Positions 23,445-35,326 of a stretch of 64,000 nt of DNA are shown here, piece after piece. Below the pieces are notes generated by a model. It saw nothing but the letters and a program-made list of their open reading frames with translations, was not told the origin of the DNA and did not search any database. The stretch is from Toensbergia leucococca (lineage: Eukaryota), in the NCBI GenBank assembly GCA_022813965.1, contig JALDZS010000051.1, forward strand, positions 62,001-126,000, given 5' to 3'. The stretch's first letter is position 1. The number at the start of each line of letters is the position of its first letter. Position numbers and translations under genes: made by a program.

Positions 23445-26240
23445 CTACAACTCATCCCTCACCCTGCCCTTCCCCTCCTCCAAATCCACCATTCCCATAA
23501 TCTTCACCACCAAGCTCGTCCAGCCCGTAAAGTGCTGCGTGCGCTGCCCCTCGCCCGTTTCGGGGTTATACTGCTCCCACGCGAAGCCAGTGCGTTTCCA
23601 TTCGTCGAAGACGGTCGTGACGAGGTTTTTGCGGAGGGAAGTGTAAAGGGTTTTGGCGTGGGCGGCGTGAGGGCAGGATGAGGTTTGGGCGATGAGCTTT
23701 TTGGAAAGGTTAGTTGGGGTGGAAATTCAGTAAGAGGAGGAGGAGAGGGCGACGTACGAGGAGGTTTTTGACGATTAGGTAGTTCAAAGGCACCCACACA
23801 GGGCTGCGCCAATAATTCTCGTCTGTGCCGTAATATTCATTTCGGAGGCTCAAGCTACGGATACCGTGGTTGCTCCATAGTTCGTCGGGATTACCAATTA
23901 GATCTAGGATGGCGCCCATGTGAGGGTGATCTGGTGGGAGGAGGCCTGTCATGAAGGGGAAGATGGAAATATAGCCTTTGTGGCAGACGTGAATGCTTTC
24001 TTCATAGTCGTCGATGGTGGCGTCACAGTAGGTTTGGTGCTCAGCGGACCAGTGCAGATCATCCAAATTTTTGAGAATGGCGGTTTCGTAGCCTTGAAAC
24101 TCGGCGGCATCGTCTTCTTCGGAGATGGTGAGGGCGGTTCGTCGAAGTGAGCGTGTCATCATGCCCATCCAGCTCATCAAATCGACATGAAGTTCGCCTG
24201 GGTGTGGGGGTTGGGCACGTGGGTAGTCGTCTAGGCCTGATGTAAGAATGTGGCGGGGAGTGCGCCCACGCCAGCGGTAGGCTTCTTTGGTGGAGAAGGC
24301 GGCGCGGTCGTAGGATTTGATGTCGCCCCATTGGGTTTTCCGAAACCAAAAGTATTGGCGTTTTAAGAGGGGGTAAATGGTCCGGAGATAGGTGATTGCT
24401 ATCGAGGAGTCTTGCAGGTGGGCGCTGCGAATGGAATCGATGGGGTCGGAGTGGGTATCGAGAGGTTTTTCATCCAGCTTTAGTTTGTCGATGAGGGTCT
24501 CGAGGATGAGATAGAGTGTGGGAGGGTTTGCGTAGTGTGGGTATTGGACTTGAAACTCCTGCGGTACTTTACTGCGGGCTTCTGCTCCTAAGATTTGTTC
24601 ACGACCAATCCATCCGTCCTCATCAATCAGATTGAACCAACTTCTAACAATGTCAAGGCTGCTCCATAGTTAGCGAATAGTCTTAGCTAGCTTGAGTTTA
24701 ATCTCACGTTAGATCCATGTCCCAGTCCGCAATAGGAATCAAGTGGAAACCTTCATCCCATAGAAAGCCTCTTGGGAAGAAAGGCCTGGATGGAATACTG
24801 GTATAAAGCTCTGAAGGTCCCTCGACAATAAAATTGTTACGACTTCGAGCCTCGGTGGTCTCTTCCCAGAATCCCTCATTCTCTTCTTCGTATTCAGGAG
24901 CATTGGACCTATCGACGACTGCATCTCCGTGAAAGTAACCAATACCACCAACCAAATTTGAGAACATCGATCGAGCAAATTCTTGATATTTCGGTTTATC
25001 AAACGGCGCTTTAGGGGAGAGTAACTTGGAAAAACGATCCGAGAACGACTTTGTGACTGTCTTGATTTTCTCACCGAGTTCTTCCGCTAAGATTATTTAG
25101 CAAGCTTATCAAAATAGAGACTCAAATAGTCGTACATGTTACTGGCTGTGGCCCCGAGCCAGACGAATACATTATATCAAACTAAAATAATCAACATATT
25201 AGTACCCACTAAGTTAGGCTACTGAGCTTACTAACCTCAAAAGCCCCATCAAAGACCTTCTGTACGAGATGTAAGTTTCCATCTCGGATATCGTTGGCAA
25301 TAGTAAATGTCTGCCATGGTGGTGGATTGTTTTCTGTCCCATATCTTGCAATGTACTCGTCGATTTGTGCCTTTAAATGGGTAAAGAGTAGTGCTTCACT
25401 CAAGAGAGTAACACGTCAGCCCGAACTCTGCTGTTTATGCTTTATTTCACCAAGCCCTATACGTACGTTTTACTTGCCATATTGCCTGTTCCGGAACCTG
25501 AAAACTTGCAACCATAGTCCTGTCCAAGGGTTTCTCAGCATAAGCCTGATGTGATGGTGGAGGGTGCCCATTTGTCTCTGGGCCCTCGGTGATATCAATT
25601 TTGAAATCTCCCAGCTCATTGCTTTGTCCTTCCAAGGTCACCGTTCCTTCAAATCCCAAGTCATCTTTCTCATTGGCCACGCCTAAGCTCCCAAACCCCT
25701 CCATTGCAGCATAGAACACCACAGTAGTCATTAGATGGGCAGGTGCATCTTCTCTGGGTGCACCCCTGACTCGAACACCCCAATTCCCGCCATGGTCTCC
25801 ACCAGGGAACTTGACGAATTCGGTAGTGATGTCGATGTTGTTGCCGGCATCGTGAATAGTCTGGCGTCCACCGTGGCGGACATCATATTCGTCCCAACCG
25901 TAACCAGCCATGCCCTCGTTTTGCTCGCACGTATGTCGAAAGTCTAAGTGAAGTTCTCTGTCAGCTGGATTCAATTCCCTTGTGTATTATAGAACAACGC
26001 ACTGTTCTGTACATCTTGAAAATTGTCCACCTTGGCCCATAATAGCCCCATCAACAGGCTTTTAGGTATGCGAGGTCTTATACCAAAGTAAAGATTGGGT
26101 CTGTATGGTCCCCACAACAAGGAATCGTTTGAGAGTTTTGGGCCATCGGCAAGCACTCCTTGGGTCTGGGCGTCGACAAGAGAACAGAATAGGAAGCAGA
26201 AAGCTGTGACCAGCGCTGAGAATGACATTAGCTGCAGCAT
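23445..26240 (-). CDS. cwh41: Mannosyl-oligosaccharide glucosidase I (GH63); multi-exon
   Basis: SLLWGPYRPNLYFG, PSRPFFPRGFLWDEGFH, GWIGREQILGAEARSKVP, SGLDDYPR and ENYWRSPVW. C-terminal RDEL* ER-retention signal. Confidence 0.95.
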
Positions 26241-27627
26241 AACGATGAGAGTAGCTACACGAGCTTTAAAGAATGCCTAAAAGTTTGGGGCATGCTGGCC
26301 CATCATTTATTCGACTTGTGGACACGATGCCAAAGCAGGCCGTACAAAATTGAATCAGGGGGTATCCGTAGGGGGTAGGAGACAAGGGTTAAGGTCTGTC
26401 GGAGATAAAAAGGCCCGGAGGCGGCTGTTAGTGTTCATTTCAGATTCATCCAACGGCGGGACACATTTCTTTCAAAATATTTCACTGTAATTTATCACTG
26501 TAGCTGAGTTGGTTTCATGAATACTGGTATCATAAGTTTAATGGTACACTAACATCCACTCTATGAGCCTAGCTGGCTCCCTGGCTCCTGGGTGCAATAC
26601 CGTCACATATCATCCTCTACACATCTACCTCATCATTAATACATCATGTCCTCAAAAGCCATCATTACTCTCAAACTAATGATATCAGTAATTATGAGAA
26701 CACCTAAGTGAAGATATAACTTTTAGTAAAAGATTCTGAAAATACCTGTGTCCCCAAGGAGCCCGATCGAACGGTCATCTGTAACCAGGAAAATCTTGAT
26801 GTGAGTGATGTTGAGTCTGAGCCGATTGGGACAGTTCGGAGTACTACGTGTTCTACTGGTACAAAAGCTGCTTATACCTGATAAGCCTGAACTTCAAAAA
26901 GTCTAATAAGTGCTGCTCCTATTCGATCCTCTGCTTACCTCCCGTACCGAAAACCACCTGTCTTTGTGCTCCATCCTGCTCCCTTCCGTTTCATTGAGCC
27001 TTCGACTACCTTACCTTTGATATCTGAAAGATTTACAGTCTGACGTTAATATGTGTCACTTTTTGTTTGACACAATATGCCAACCTATGTCTTGTCCTTG
27101 ATATTCAAGAATCAATTATCGCTGTTAATCTTCTTGCGAGAGATCAGAAAACAGTAATTTTATATACAGGAAATTCAATTCTCTATACTTCAGTCTATAA
27201 ATAATGATGTTTCTTTAGAGTTCCACACAACTTCTTCGAGAGGCATAATCACTTTATCATACACTGAGTTTCATGCACTTCTGAATTTCAAGACAGAGGT
27301 CTTCGATCTGAATTAGTCTGAAAACATCTGTCTCAATAATGACGCAGTGATGAGGCTGCTTCTCGGGGTTTGAGAAGATTCAGTAAAATTTTGACATGTT
27401 TTTTGCATTGTTTTAAAGTCTAAGGTTTGGTGAAACTTCGAGCTTTTCCCTGGAAGTAGCTCGAGAGTTTTGGGAGAAATTTTAAATTTTCTAGTGAGAA
27501 AACGAGCTAATGTTTGGTATATATATATATTGAACATCCTTCGCTCGGATTTGAACTTTCAATGTCAACATTTTCTGACATCGGCTTTTACAAAACCCTT
27601 TCACTCAACCTCATTTGTTGGTGATTA

Positions 27628-28555
27628 TGGCATCCTATACCGTCCTACAATTCTCCCCATCAAAAGCCAGGTCAGGCTCTGCCGTTAATTCTCCCGGCCG
27701 CTCGAAACGGCTATCATTTGAGAAACAATGCTTGCCTTACACGACTACATTCCTACCACCAAAACCAGTAACCTTTGTAACAGACGCTGGAAGTAACGGT
27801 TAAATAGACGCACAATTCGATCTTCACTTAGGTCAGGCCAGTCAAGATCTTGAGAAGGCGCTAGCACAATCTGAGAGAATCGAGCCCCCTTTTTCACCTT
27901 TCAAAGCCGGTCGAGCGACGGGCCCTCCTTCTGGAGACTACTCTGACCTTCTCAAGCTGTTTCCGACGGAGTTTCGCGCAGAGATCAACCCGCCATATCT
28001 TGTGATAAGAGTATACACATTACCTCCCACCTCAAATTGCATAGAGATGCCTCGAGACAGAGGTAACAAGCGCGCAAATGTGATAGAGAGTGATGAGGAG
28101 GCGAGTGACCCCCGGCCAATCAAGAAAGGCCGTGGTCGTCGTGGGGTTGTTGAAGAGAGCTTCGCTGAGAGTTCAACTCACATATCCGGTACACCTGGAC
28201 TGCTCAAGCGGATCTGGATGAGGATGATAATGCTAGTAAAGCAACTGAAGAGTTCACTGTTGATGATGACCACGTGGTCGTGGATGATTCAGAAGAATAC
28301 GATTCAGATTCCTCCGGTAATGAAGATGCAGACCGTCTCAGAAATGATGCCCTGGAGGCTGAGACTGAGGATGACAAGAGGGTATGTGCACAGCAAACCA
28401 TTGGTGCAGATGAGACACAAGCTCAATATGATCGTTTTAAGCGTCGCATGTCTTATATCATTGACACCTATAAGGGTCTGGTAGCTGGAACAATCGAAGA
28501 TGTCATGAAGCTGAGAGATCCTGATAATCTGGAAAGGGCACTCACCTTTCAGTGA
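27628..28555 (+). pseudogene. Fragmented acidic hypothetical gene
   Basis: Coding-like pieces in shifting frames (MASYTVLQFSPSK..., RPIKKGRGRRG..., DDSEEYDSDSSGNED...). No family recognised. Confidence 0.35.
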
Positions 28556-28639
28556 GCTCACTTCATTTACAGAGTCTCTGCTATGAAACTTTTGAGCAGG
28601 TGTCTTGCTGCCATCCCACCTAATTTCGAAAATCTCTGG

Positions 28640-29105
28640 AAATGTATCGCCTAGATAAAATTACCGGTAGATTGCAACACCGGATAGAAATCCAATGGAC
28701 ACCATCCATCGTACGAAACGACGTAGCTGACCCACGATAGGATGGGATATTTCTCATCCAAAATAGTCCTTGACAAAATAAGCCACCAGGTTTGGTGACC
28801 GGAAATAGCTGAAGACGTCCGAGACTATATCAGAGGATGGATATCGTGTGCGAAATGGGCTCATACTCGCCGCAACCAACCCTCAAGACAAATCATCGTG
28901 AATAGGCCTTTCGACTAATTTGTGATGGACTACATCGGACCATTTACTCAATCACAGAGAGGAAACTGTTACATCCTATCAGTAAGTAGACTACTTCTCG
29001 GAATTCCTAATACTAGATTCTTTGTCAAAAAATGACGGCAATGAAACAGTATAGTCCGTGTCCCGAACCTTCATCAGATTTCCAAGATTGGTAGCCTCCT
29101 ACGAC
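28640..29105 (+). mobile_element. Ty3/Gypsy-type LTR retrotransposon integrase relic
   Basis: THDRMGYFSSKIVLDKISHQVW*PEIAEDVRDYIRGWISCAK (degenerate H2C2 zinc-binding region), RPFD*FVMDYIGPF....GNCYILSV, then a frameshift to VDYFS. This is the start of the rve core, with stops. Confidence 0.85.
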
Positions 29106-29289
29106 CTACCTAGACTTGGGCTTTTATTTCAATAATCTAGGAATGAAACCCTTTCTTCGGGATTCAGGAATCGCGATATTCTATGCGCCAACAGATGCTC
29201 ACAAGTCAGTTTGAATGGTATGGCAAGTCCATGGCCTCTTACCGTAGGTAGGCTTCCTCTACGATTTTCCGCTGAGCAATATTCAAATC

Positions 29290-30275
29290 TTTTCAACAGA
29301 AGCCGTATTGGATGACGGAATAGATTACTCATGGACCTGGATCTACACAGCAAAAGTGATTTCAATGAAGATGTGTTACGATAAGCAGTGAAGGCCTTTC
29401 AGAATGCGAAGATACCTATCAACGATATTTTTTGGTTCGCAGGTTTCTGGCAGATTACCATTGCAAAAGAAATTGATATTCAGATTCTCCCTTACCGTGT
29501 TGCCGGCAGTCCAGCTTTCTATAGGACTATTACAGAAGCGCCTAATCCAAATCCAGCTGCTCTAAGGAGCATACCACCGGAAGGCGTTGAGTACAATGGC
29601 ACTCTGTACATGACCGCACTGAATGCCCTCCTCCGCCCAGGCATTCTGCTGAATTCTTCTGCTCGCACAATCACTGCGGACGGGAGAAGCGAAGACTTCT
29701 CCAAGACGATAACGTCCTGAATCCTCGTTACCAACCAAGATGGGCAGATTTTTATCACCGTTGTCACGCACGATTTCGAAGCGGATGGATCGGTCTACCA
29801 TCCAAACCCTCACAAAGGTACAGTCATTAAGAGGGAAAGAGAGCCTCTTCCAGAAACTGACATCTCCGTTGCTAAACTCAATCCTGGCCTTCGCTATTTT
29901 AACGAGACTTTTAGGACCCATGCCGAATCTGATGGCGTAAGAGTGAACGGGATCTCACCTAGCCATCCACCACGCATGTGGATTTACGATGACCTAAGTA
30001 TGAATAATCCATATTCTGGAAGCTGCAAAGGGATCACAATGGCTTTTAGCGCGAGAATCTCCGAGGAAGTAGACAAAGGCTTTGTGTTGCATGAATGGAG
30101 CCTCTTTGAAAATGGCTATCAACCAGTAGATGGGAGTCGAGGTGCACCAATACTAGATGCAGAAGGAAGAGTCGTGGGATTATTCAGATTCAAGGCGGCA
30201 AACTCCTCTTTATGTCTTTCGGTCTCAGCAATAGAGTTTCGGAGGCATGGGTACGATATATGCGGTGGAGAGTAG
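29290..30275 (+). pseudogene. Trypsin/chymotrypsin-fold protease-like pseudogene
   Basis: One frame reads LPYRVAG...LRPGILL...TS*ILV...FITVVTHDF...VYHP...TDISVAKL...DGSRGAPILDAEGRVVG. His, Asp and the nucleophile loop are in trypsin order. Stops at 29382-29384 and 29718-29720. Confidence 0.6.
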
Positions 30276-32073
30276 ACTTTAATAGTCGACGGCATCTATA
30301 ATACATGTGAGGATAAGCGACAACTCCAAGATTCTCCTGGCATCAAGTCTTGAAGCAGCTCCGCGTATCTTAAGAGCTCACGACTGTTTTCGGCACACAG
30401 ATATGACATCGACGCTCACAATCATCGAGTCATTGATAATCTTGAGTTCGTGACTTCAACTTGAGCCTTGCGGACGTACCGTGGCCTTTCTAGCAAAGTT
30501 CAATTCAGTATGACTCATCTATCATCGACTGATTAGACATCAGCCTCAAAATGGCATACGACTCTCCAACATCCAAGGCCATAGGTAAAACCGTGGCTAA
30601 GTCACTGAAATCCCAAGCCAGTACATTCATCAGCACGTCCACCAGGAAACGGAAAGCAAAGTATGTCACATCAAAACTGGACCGGCAGCCCACAGATACC
30701 CCGGCCAATTACGAGGACGATGCCCCGATGATAACGCCTGCTAAGAGTTCAACAGGGTAGAGGACTGGTGGTAAAGTCACAGCTAAAGTCCTTGAGGACT
30801 GTATGTTTTCTCAATCAACATTATAATGACTCTTTTGAGAAAGCTAAATTATTTGATTTCTTGACAAATATGAAAATGAGTAGATAAGGTTGATTATTCG
30901 TCAAGACTGAAGGCACTCAATGACTTTTTCAAAATGACTGCTCTTGACTAGACAGCCCCCTGAATTGCCTACAATGTGAAAGTCTGAAACAGGCTACTAC
31001 TGTCACAGTTTCTTCAGGCAAACCCCTGAACGTGCGGGATAGATTTACTACCCTGATGCTATACCCCTTTCAGTACTAGTCATTGTGTAGCGCAGAACTA
31101 GGCGAGCTACATATTTGCGACTTACATGTAGGTAGCTTCTTCTACATATTCAAACCCTGACAACTACCTACCTGACCTGTGACGACCTCGCCCATTACCC
31201 TCACTCCCCTCAACTGAATGTGCACCAACAGAAGGATTGCTGCTATCGGATCTCGCCGTCAACTTCATCGCTTGACTGTTATTTGTTTTGATGAGAGACA
31301 TTTAATGAGACGCGCATACATGGAAAAGTGATACACCATCATCGAACACCTTCTTAAGAATCCGTATCCATCGCAACATCATCATAGCACAGAAATTCCA
31401 GTCACAAAGATCTGGACATCACATAACGCAGCGCGTCGGACCTGAGTAGTTTGACCAACTTGCATCGGACCTGAGTATTTTGAGCAAGCTTGTTTACTAT
31501 CGGAAGAAGAAGTTGATCAAGGCCTAAGATTTGAGGCTGGCTGCGAAATTTGACCTTCAGCCTCTTGTTGATTTGCTACACTGAGCGAGGTGGCATTCAT
31601 TTGAGGCTGGTTGAATCAGTCACTGATGCTAGTTGTGATGCATTTGAGGCTGGCCCTCTCAAAAAAGGGACCGCCTCTCACTTGATTATGTCTTTCCTTG
31701 GTTGAGAAGCAGCGTTTGAGGCTGGCTGAATCAATCACATGGAACCATTTATGGGCTAGTTGTGATGTACTCAAAGCTGGCTGAGAAGAAAGATTGTCTA
31801 TCACCAGATAGGGTTCTCGCCACACAATCGGCGGCCAAGTCTTTCACTCGGCGCCTGAACGGTTCGGAGAGTCCATTCGTCGTCTGGATTGACCTTTTCT
31901 ATTGTCTTTTTCAAGCGACAGCAACTACTAACCTATTCAGACGACGCAATCAATCCGGGGGTCGGCTACTTCGTGTATAAGATAGTGGAAGCTTCCCCCT
32001 CATTCTTTGTTCTTCATCCCATCACGCACTCAAACAAATTTCAAAGTCTTCAATCCTCAACCACAAAATCAAC

Positions 32074-32606
32074 ATGAAATCCGCTCTCGCTGCCTTGGCA
32101 TTCCTTGCCATGACCACTGGTGCCCTAGCCCGAGCCCCGACCTACCAGGGCCAAGCAGTAGCTGTGCAACAACCCCACCCGGTAACGCTGGGCAAATGCC
32201 ACCACTACCAGCGCTACTGCGGAAGCTGGCTCCTGAAACACGACGGTATGCTTGTCGATAGAAGTCGTCCTCTTGATGTTTCTACTTGGCTGATGACTTA
32301 ACTGCTCAATCAGGGTACACTAAAAGTGACCTCGAGGATGCGATCAAGCAAGAGGGGGGCGGTGATGATGCCCAAAAAGATCCTGAGAATGCCCTCTTTG
32401 AGTGCACTACTGTTACGGGAAAAATCGATATGCTTGAATGGTGCTTCAATGGTTGCGTGGAGACTGGAGCTGCTGGACATAACGATGCTTGTGCAAGTAA
32501 GTTCTATTTTTTTTGGAGATTAGGAAGACTTTTAAATACACGGAGGGGGGTTTTTTTTTTGGGAAGTTGAACCACTTTCTGATCCCCCGTTTTACTAGAT
32601 TACTGA
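32074..32606 (+). CDS. Small secreted cysteine-rich effector-like protein (~120 aa, 3 exons)
   Basis: Signal peptide MKSALAALAFLAMTTGALA. Six Cys in C....YCG..LL / LFEC / WCFNGC / GHNDAC. Introns 32246-32313 and 32497-32598 give ...ACANY*. A tataa box lies near 31976. Confidence 0.85.
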
Positions 32607-35326
32607 GCCGTTGTTTTTTTTCCACCGATGGAATTCCCGCCGACGGAAGATATTCTTGGCTTTGTGTGAAGTGACTGCCAGAACGGACAATTTACTTTTT
32701 TAAATTTCGCACAGTTTGAGCTGTGAGTTGGAGCGAGCATGGAATAAGTGAATTTATTGGGATTTTTCCAAGGGGGTGATGATGTTGCTTTGATGGGGGG
32801 TTTTCATGATTTGAGCAAGGTTAAATACCTATCACATTCACTTGACAGAGTTGTGTTGTATAGCAAAGCTGAAATTGATTCCTTGATTATTTAATGACCT
32901 TGTTCACATGTCATACCCCCTTATAAACTACCTCCGCAAGTTATACTAAGTACTTCTTCTGTAATAACAACAATTCATTATGTGAGGCTGTGTCATATGT
33001 ATTGTTCTCTCATGACTCATAAGCCTCACTGACAATGAGAGTTGCTGCACGGTGTCATGAAAGAACAGGCTATCCGCAAAAGAATCAGACTTTTTCTCAA
33101 AACAAAGGAACAAAGATGAAGCAAGCAGGAAAGAGCAGGAAAGAACTGACATTGATATATTGTTGATGGTGTCTCCTTGAATTCTTCAGCGGCATAGTTC
33201 ACATCTTCTTTGATATCTGAAATGACCAGGTAAACAAACACCTTTACCTGCCACAGTTTTCATGTTATTTGAACAGATCCATGGTTTTACTTCTGCACTA
33301 TCCGTGGCAAAACCGACGTGTATCTTCATGATGTCTGAAATAATGATGAGTCTAGTGTGAATCATTGATGACTCCTCAGATTGATGTTCACCTCCGGGCC
33401 CCTTGGATTTTTCATGGCGAGTCTTACGACAGGAAAGCAACATTCCGATGATATGTCCGACCTGATAGACTTCCCGTTGGTATTCCACGTTCAACAAATT
33501 ACAGTCCTTGGGCTTTGACTCTTTGACTACCTATCGCTTGACTTCCTCCAGCACAGTTGCCAAGGGAAGAATCAGGAAACCGAGGAGTTAGATAGACCGA
33601 GGGCCTCGGTGTCATGTGTTCGGAATTCGGGAACTCGGACTTGCACATGGGCGCTAGATTATGTAATCATAGCTAGTTAAGTAGCCAGTTTTTAGCTTCC
33701 AAATTCATCATCTTTCCACCTCACGTTTTCGAGGATTAGGCCCATAGTTGGTAGATAGAAAGATCACCATTCCATAAGGTTGACTACGATTCTCGATTAT
33801 ATTATCGTTGTCTACGATTCTTGTTGCTTCTATTATTGAACTTATCGAGCTTGCGGACCCACTGGTCTTTCTACAGTGACCTCACTGACCTGAACTTTTT
33901 CATCTAGCATTGCCAATGTCATCTGTCCTGCTTTGAGCCCTTTTTAAGCTCAATTGATGCCTAATTGAACAATGAAATTTAACATTGATTCATCTACTCG
34001 AAGCTTGATGAGTCACTCAAGAATAAGTTTGCACTTGTTGATTTGTTGTCATCTAGGAAATTTCCACGAAAATTGCAAATAGGATATCCAATTAAAGGCA
34101 GTTGGCCAAATGTCAGGATTTCTTCATGTGCCCTTAAACATCAATTTGCTTTTCTTGTCGTTTTCTATCAGAGGTCTTGAAGCTTCTAGGGTCATTATGG
34201 AATATAAAAGTATGGCATGGAGATAGATAGAGTGTGTCACTGGTACTAGCAATATGATATTCTATTGTTTGTCAAGCTGGCCATTGAAGGCGTCAGACTA
34301 ATGCTTGATTGAGTGAGAAGAGCCGTCTGAGAATGATATCAGCTACGGCGTGGACATTGAGGGCGACCGGGAATTGCAAATGATGTTCACTTTTGATGGA
34401 AATATGTTTCACACGGTGCCTACAGGACTGCGAAACTTCGATCTTGTTTCCTCGCTGGATTCACAAGCCAAGGTAGCTTGAATTTAAACACTAACAACAA
34501 GGACTGATGATGGCTACCTATTTCTCGCCAGGTCGGCAGTTAAGTCAGCGGCAATAGGTTCTTCACTATGAGGTAGGTGTGATCCATGTCAATCTAGAAT
34601 TTTTTTTAACTTGTATATCACAAGAGGTAAAATGATTCTCGTGGACAACGATTTGTTGAAAGACTTGGTTCAGTCACGGGAAATACAGTACGTGGACATA
34701 GTCATCTACCTTTGTCGAACTTTTGGAAATCATGCCAATAGAACTTGAAGAGGTGAACGATTATCTTGTTAGAAGGAGCAAGATTCTTAGACCTTGACCA
34801 GGCTTATTCCATCCTGGTCCAGCACACAGGCTTGAATATTGCCAGCGTTTAACTCCCTGCTGAGTATTTGAGCGCAATGGAAAGTCGGTATTGCTCATAC
34901 CAGGAAGCGTGAACTTTGTTTGTTTTCAGCCAAGAAAAGAGTTCCCTTTGCTGGAGAGTGAGGGCCAGAAAGAAGCAGTCTTAGTGATTATAGCATTTCT
35001 CAAATGTCCTCAAAGTGAGAATTTGCTTATTGGGCACCTTCAAAAGGACATGGTATAGGGAAGCCGTATGGATATGCCGTGTCAATTTTAAGAAAGGCAG
35101 TCCAAATCAAAGCTATTGGAACATTGTGTGGGAGCCACAGAATAGAGAGATGAACTCCTACGAGTCTATAGAAAACTAAAGAGCGGACTTTGTGTGGTAG
35201 CAAACATGTAGAATTTCCTCATCAAGAGATCAAAGAACTGAGTGAGAAGAATGACCCAAAGCTCTATGGGGCCAGGTGACTTTCAGTCGTACACGCTGTA
35301 TTCATGGCCTGCTAATTTGTATTGTA

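Noticed and set aside
24180..24660. Apparent gap or frameshift in glucosidase I in the ORF track
   Set aside because: Manual translation is open and conserved; the exon simply lacks an in-frame start codon.
27535..27560. tRNA-like GTTCAAATCC (B-box) on the minus strand
   Set aside because: No T-stem pairing or cloverleaf.
33650..35250. Possible gene remnants
   Set aside because: Short coding-like pieces with many stops and no recognisable family.
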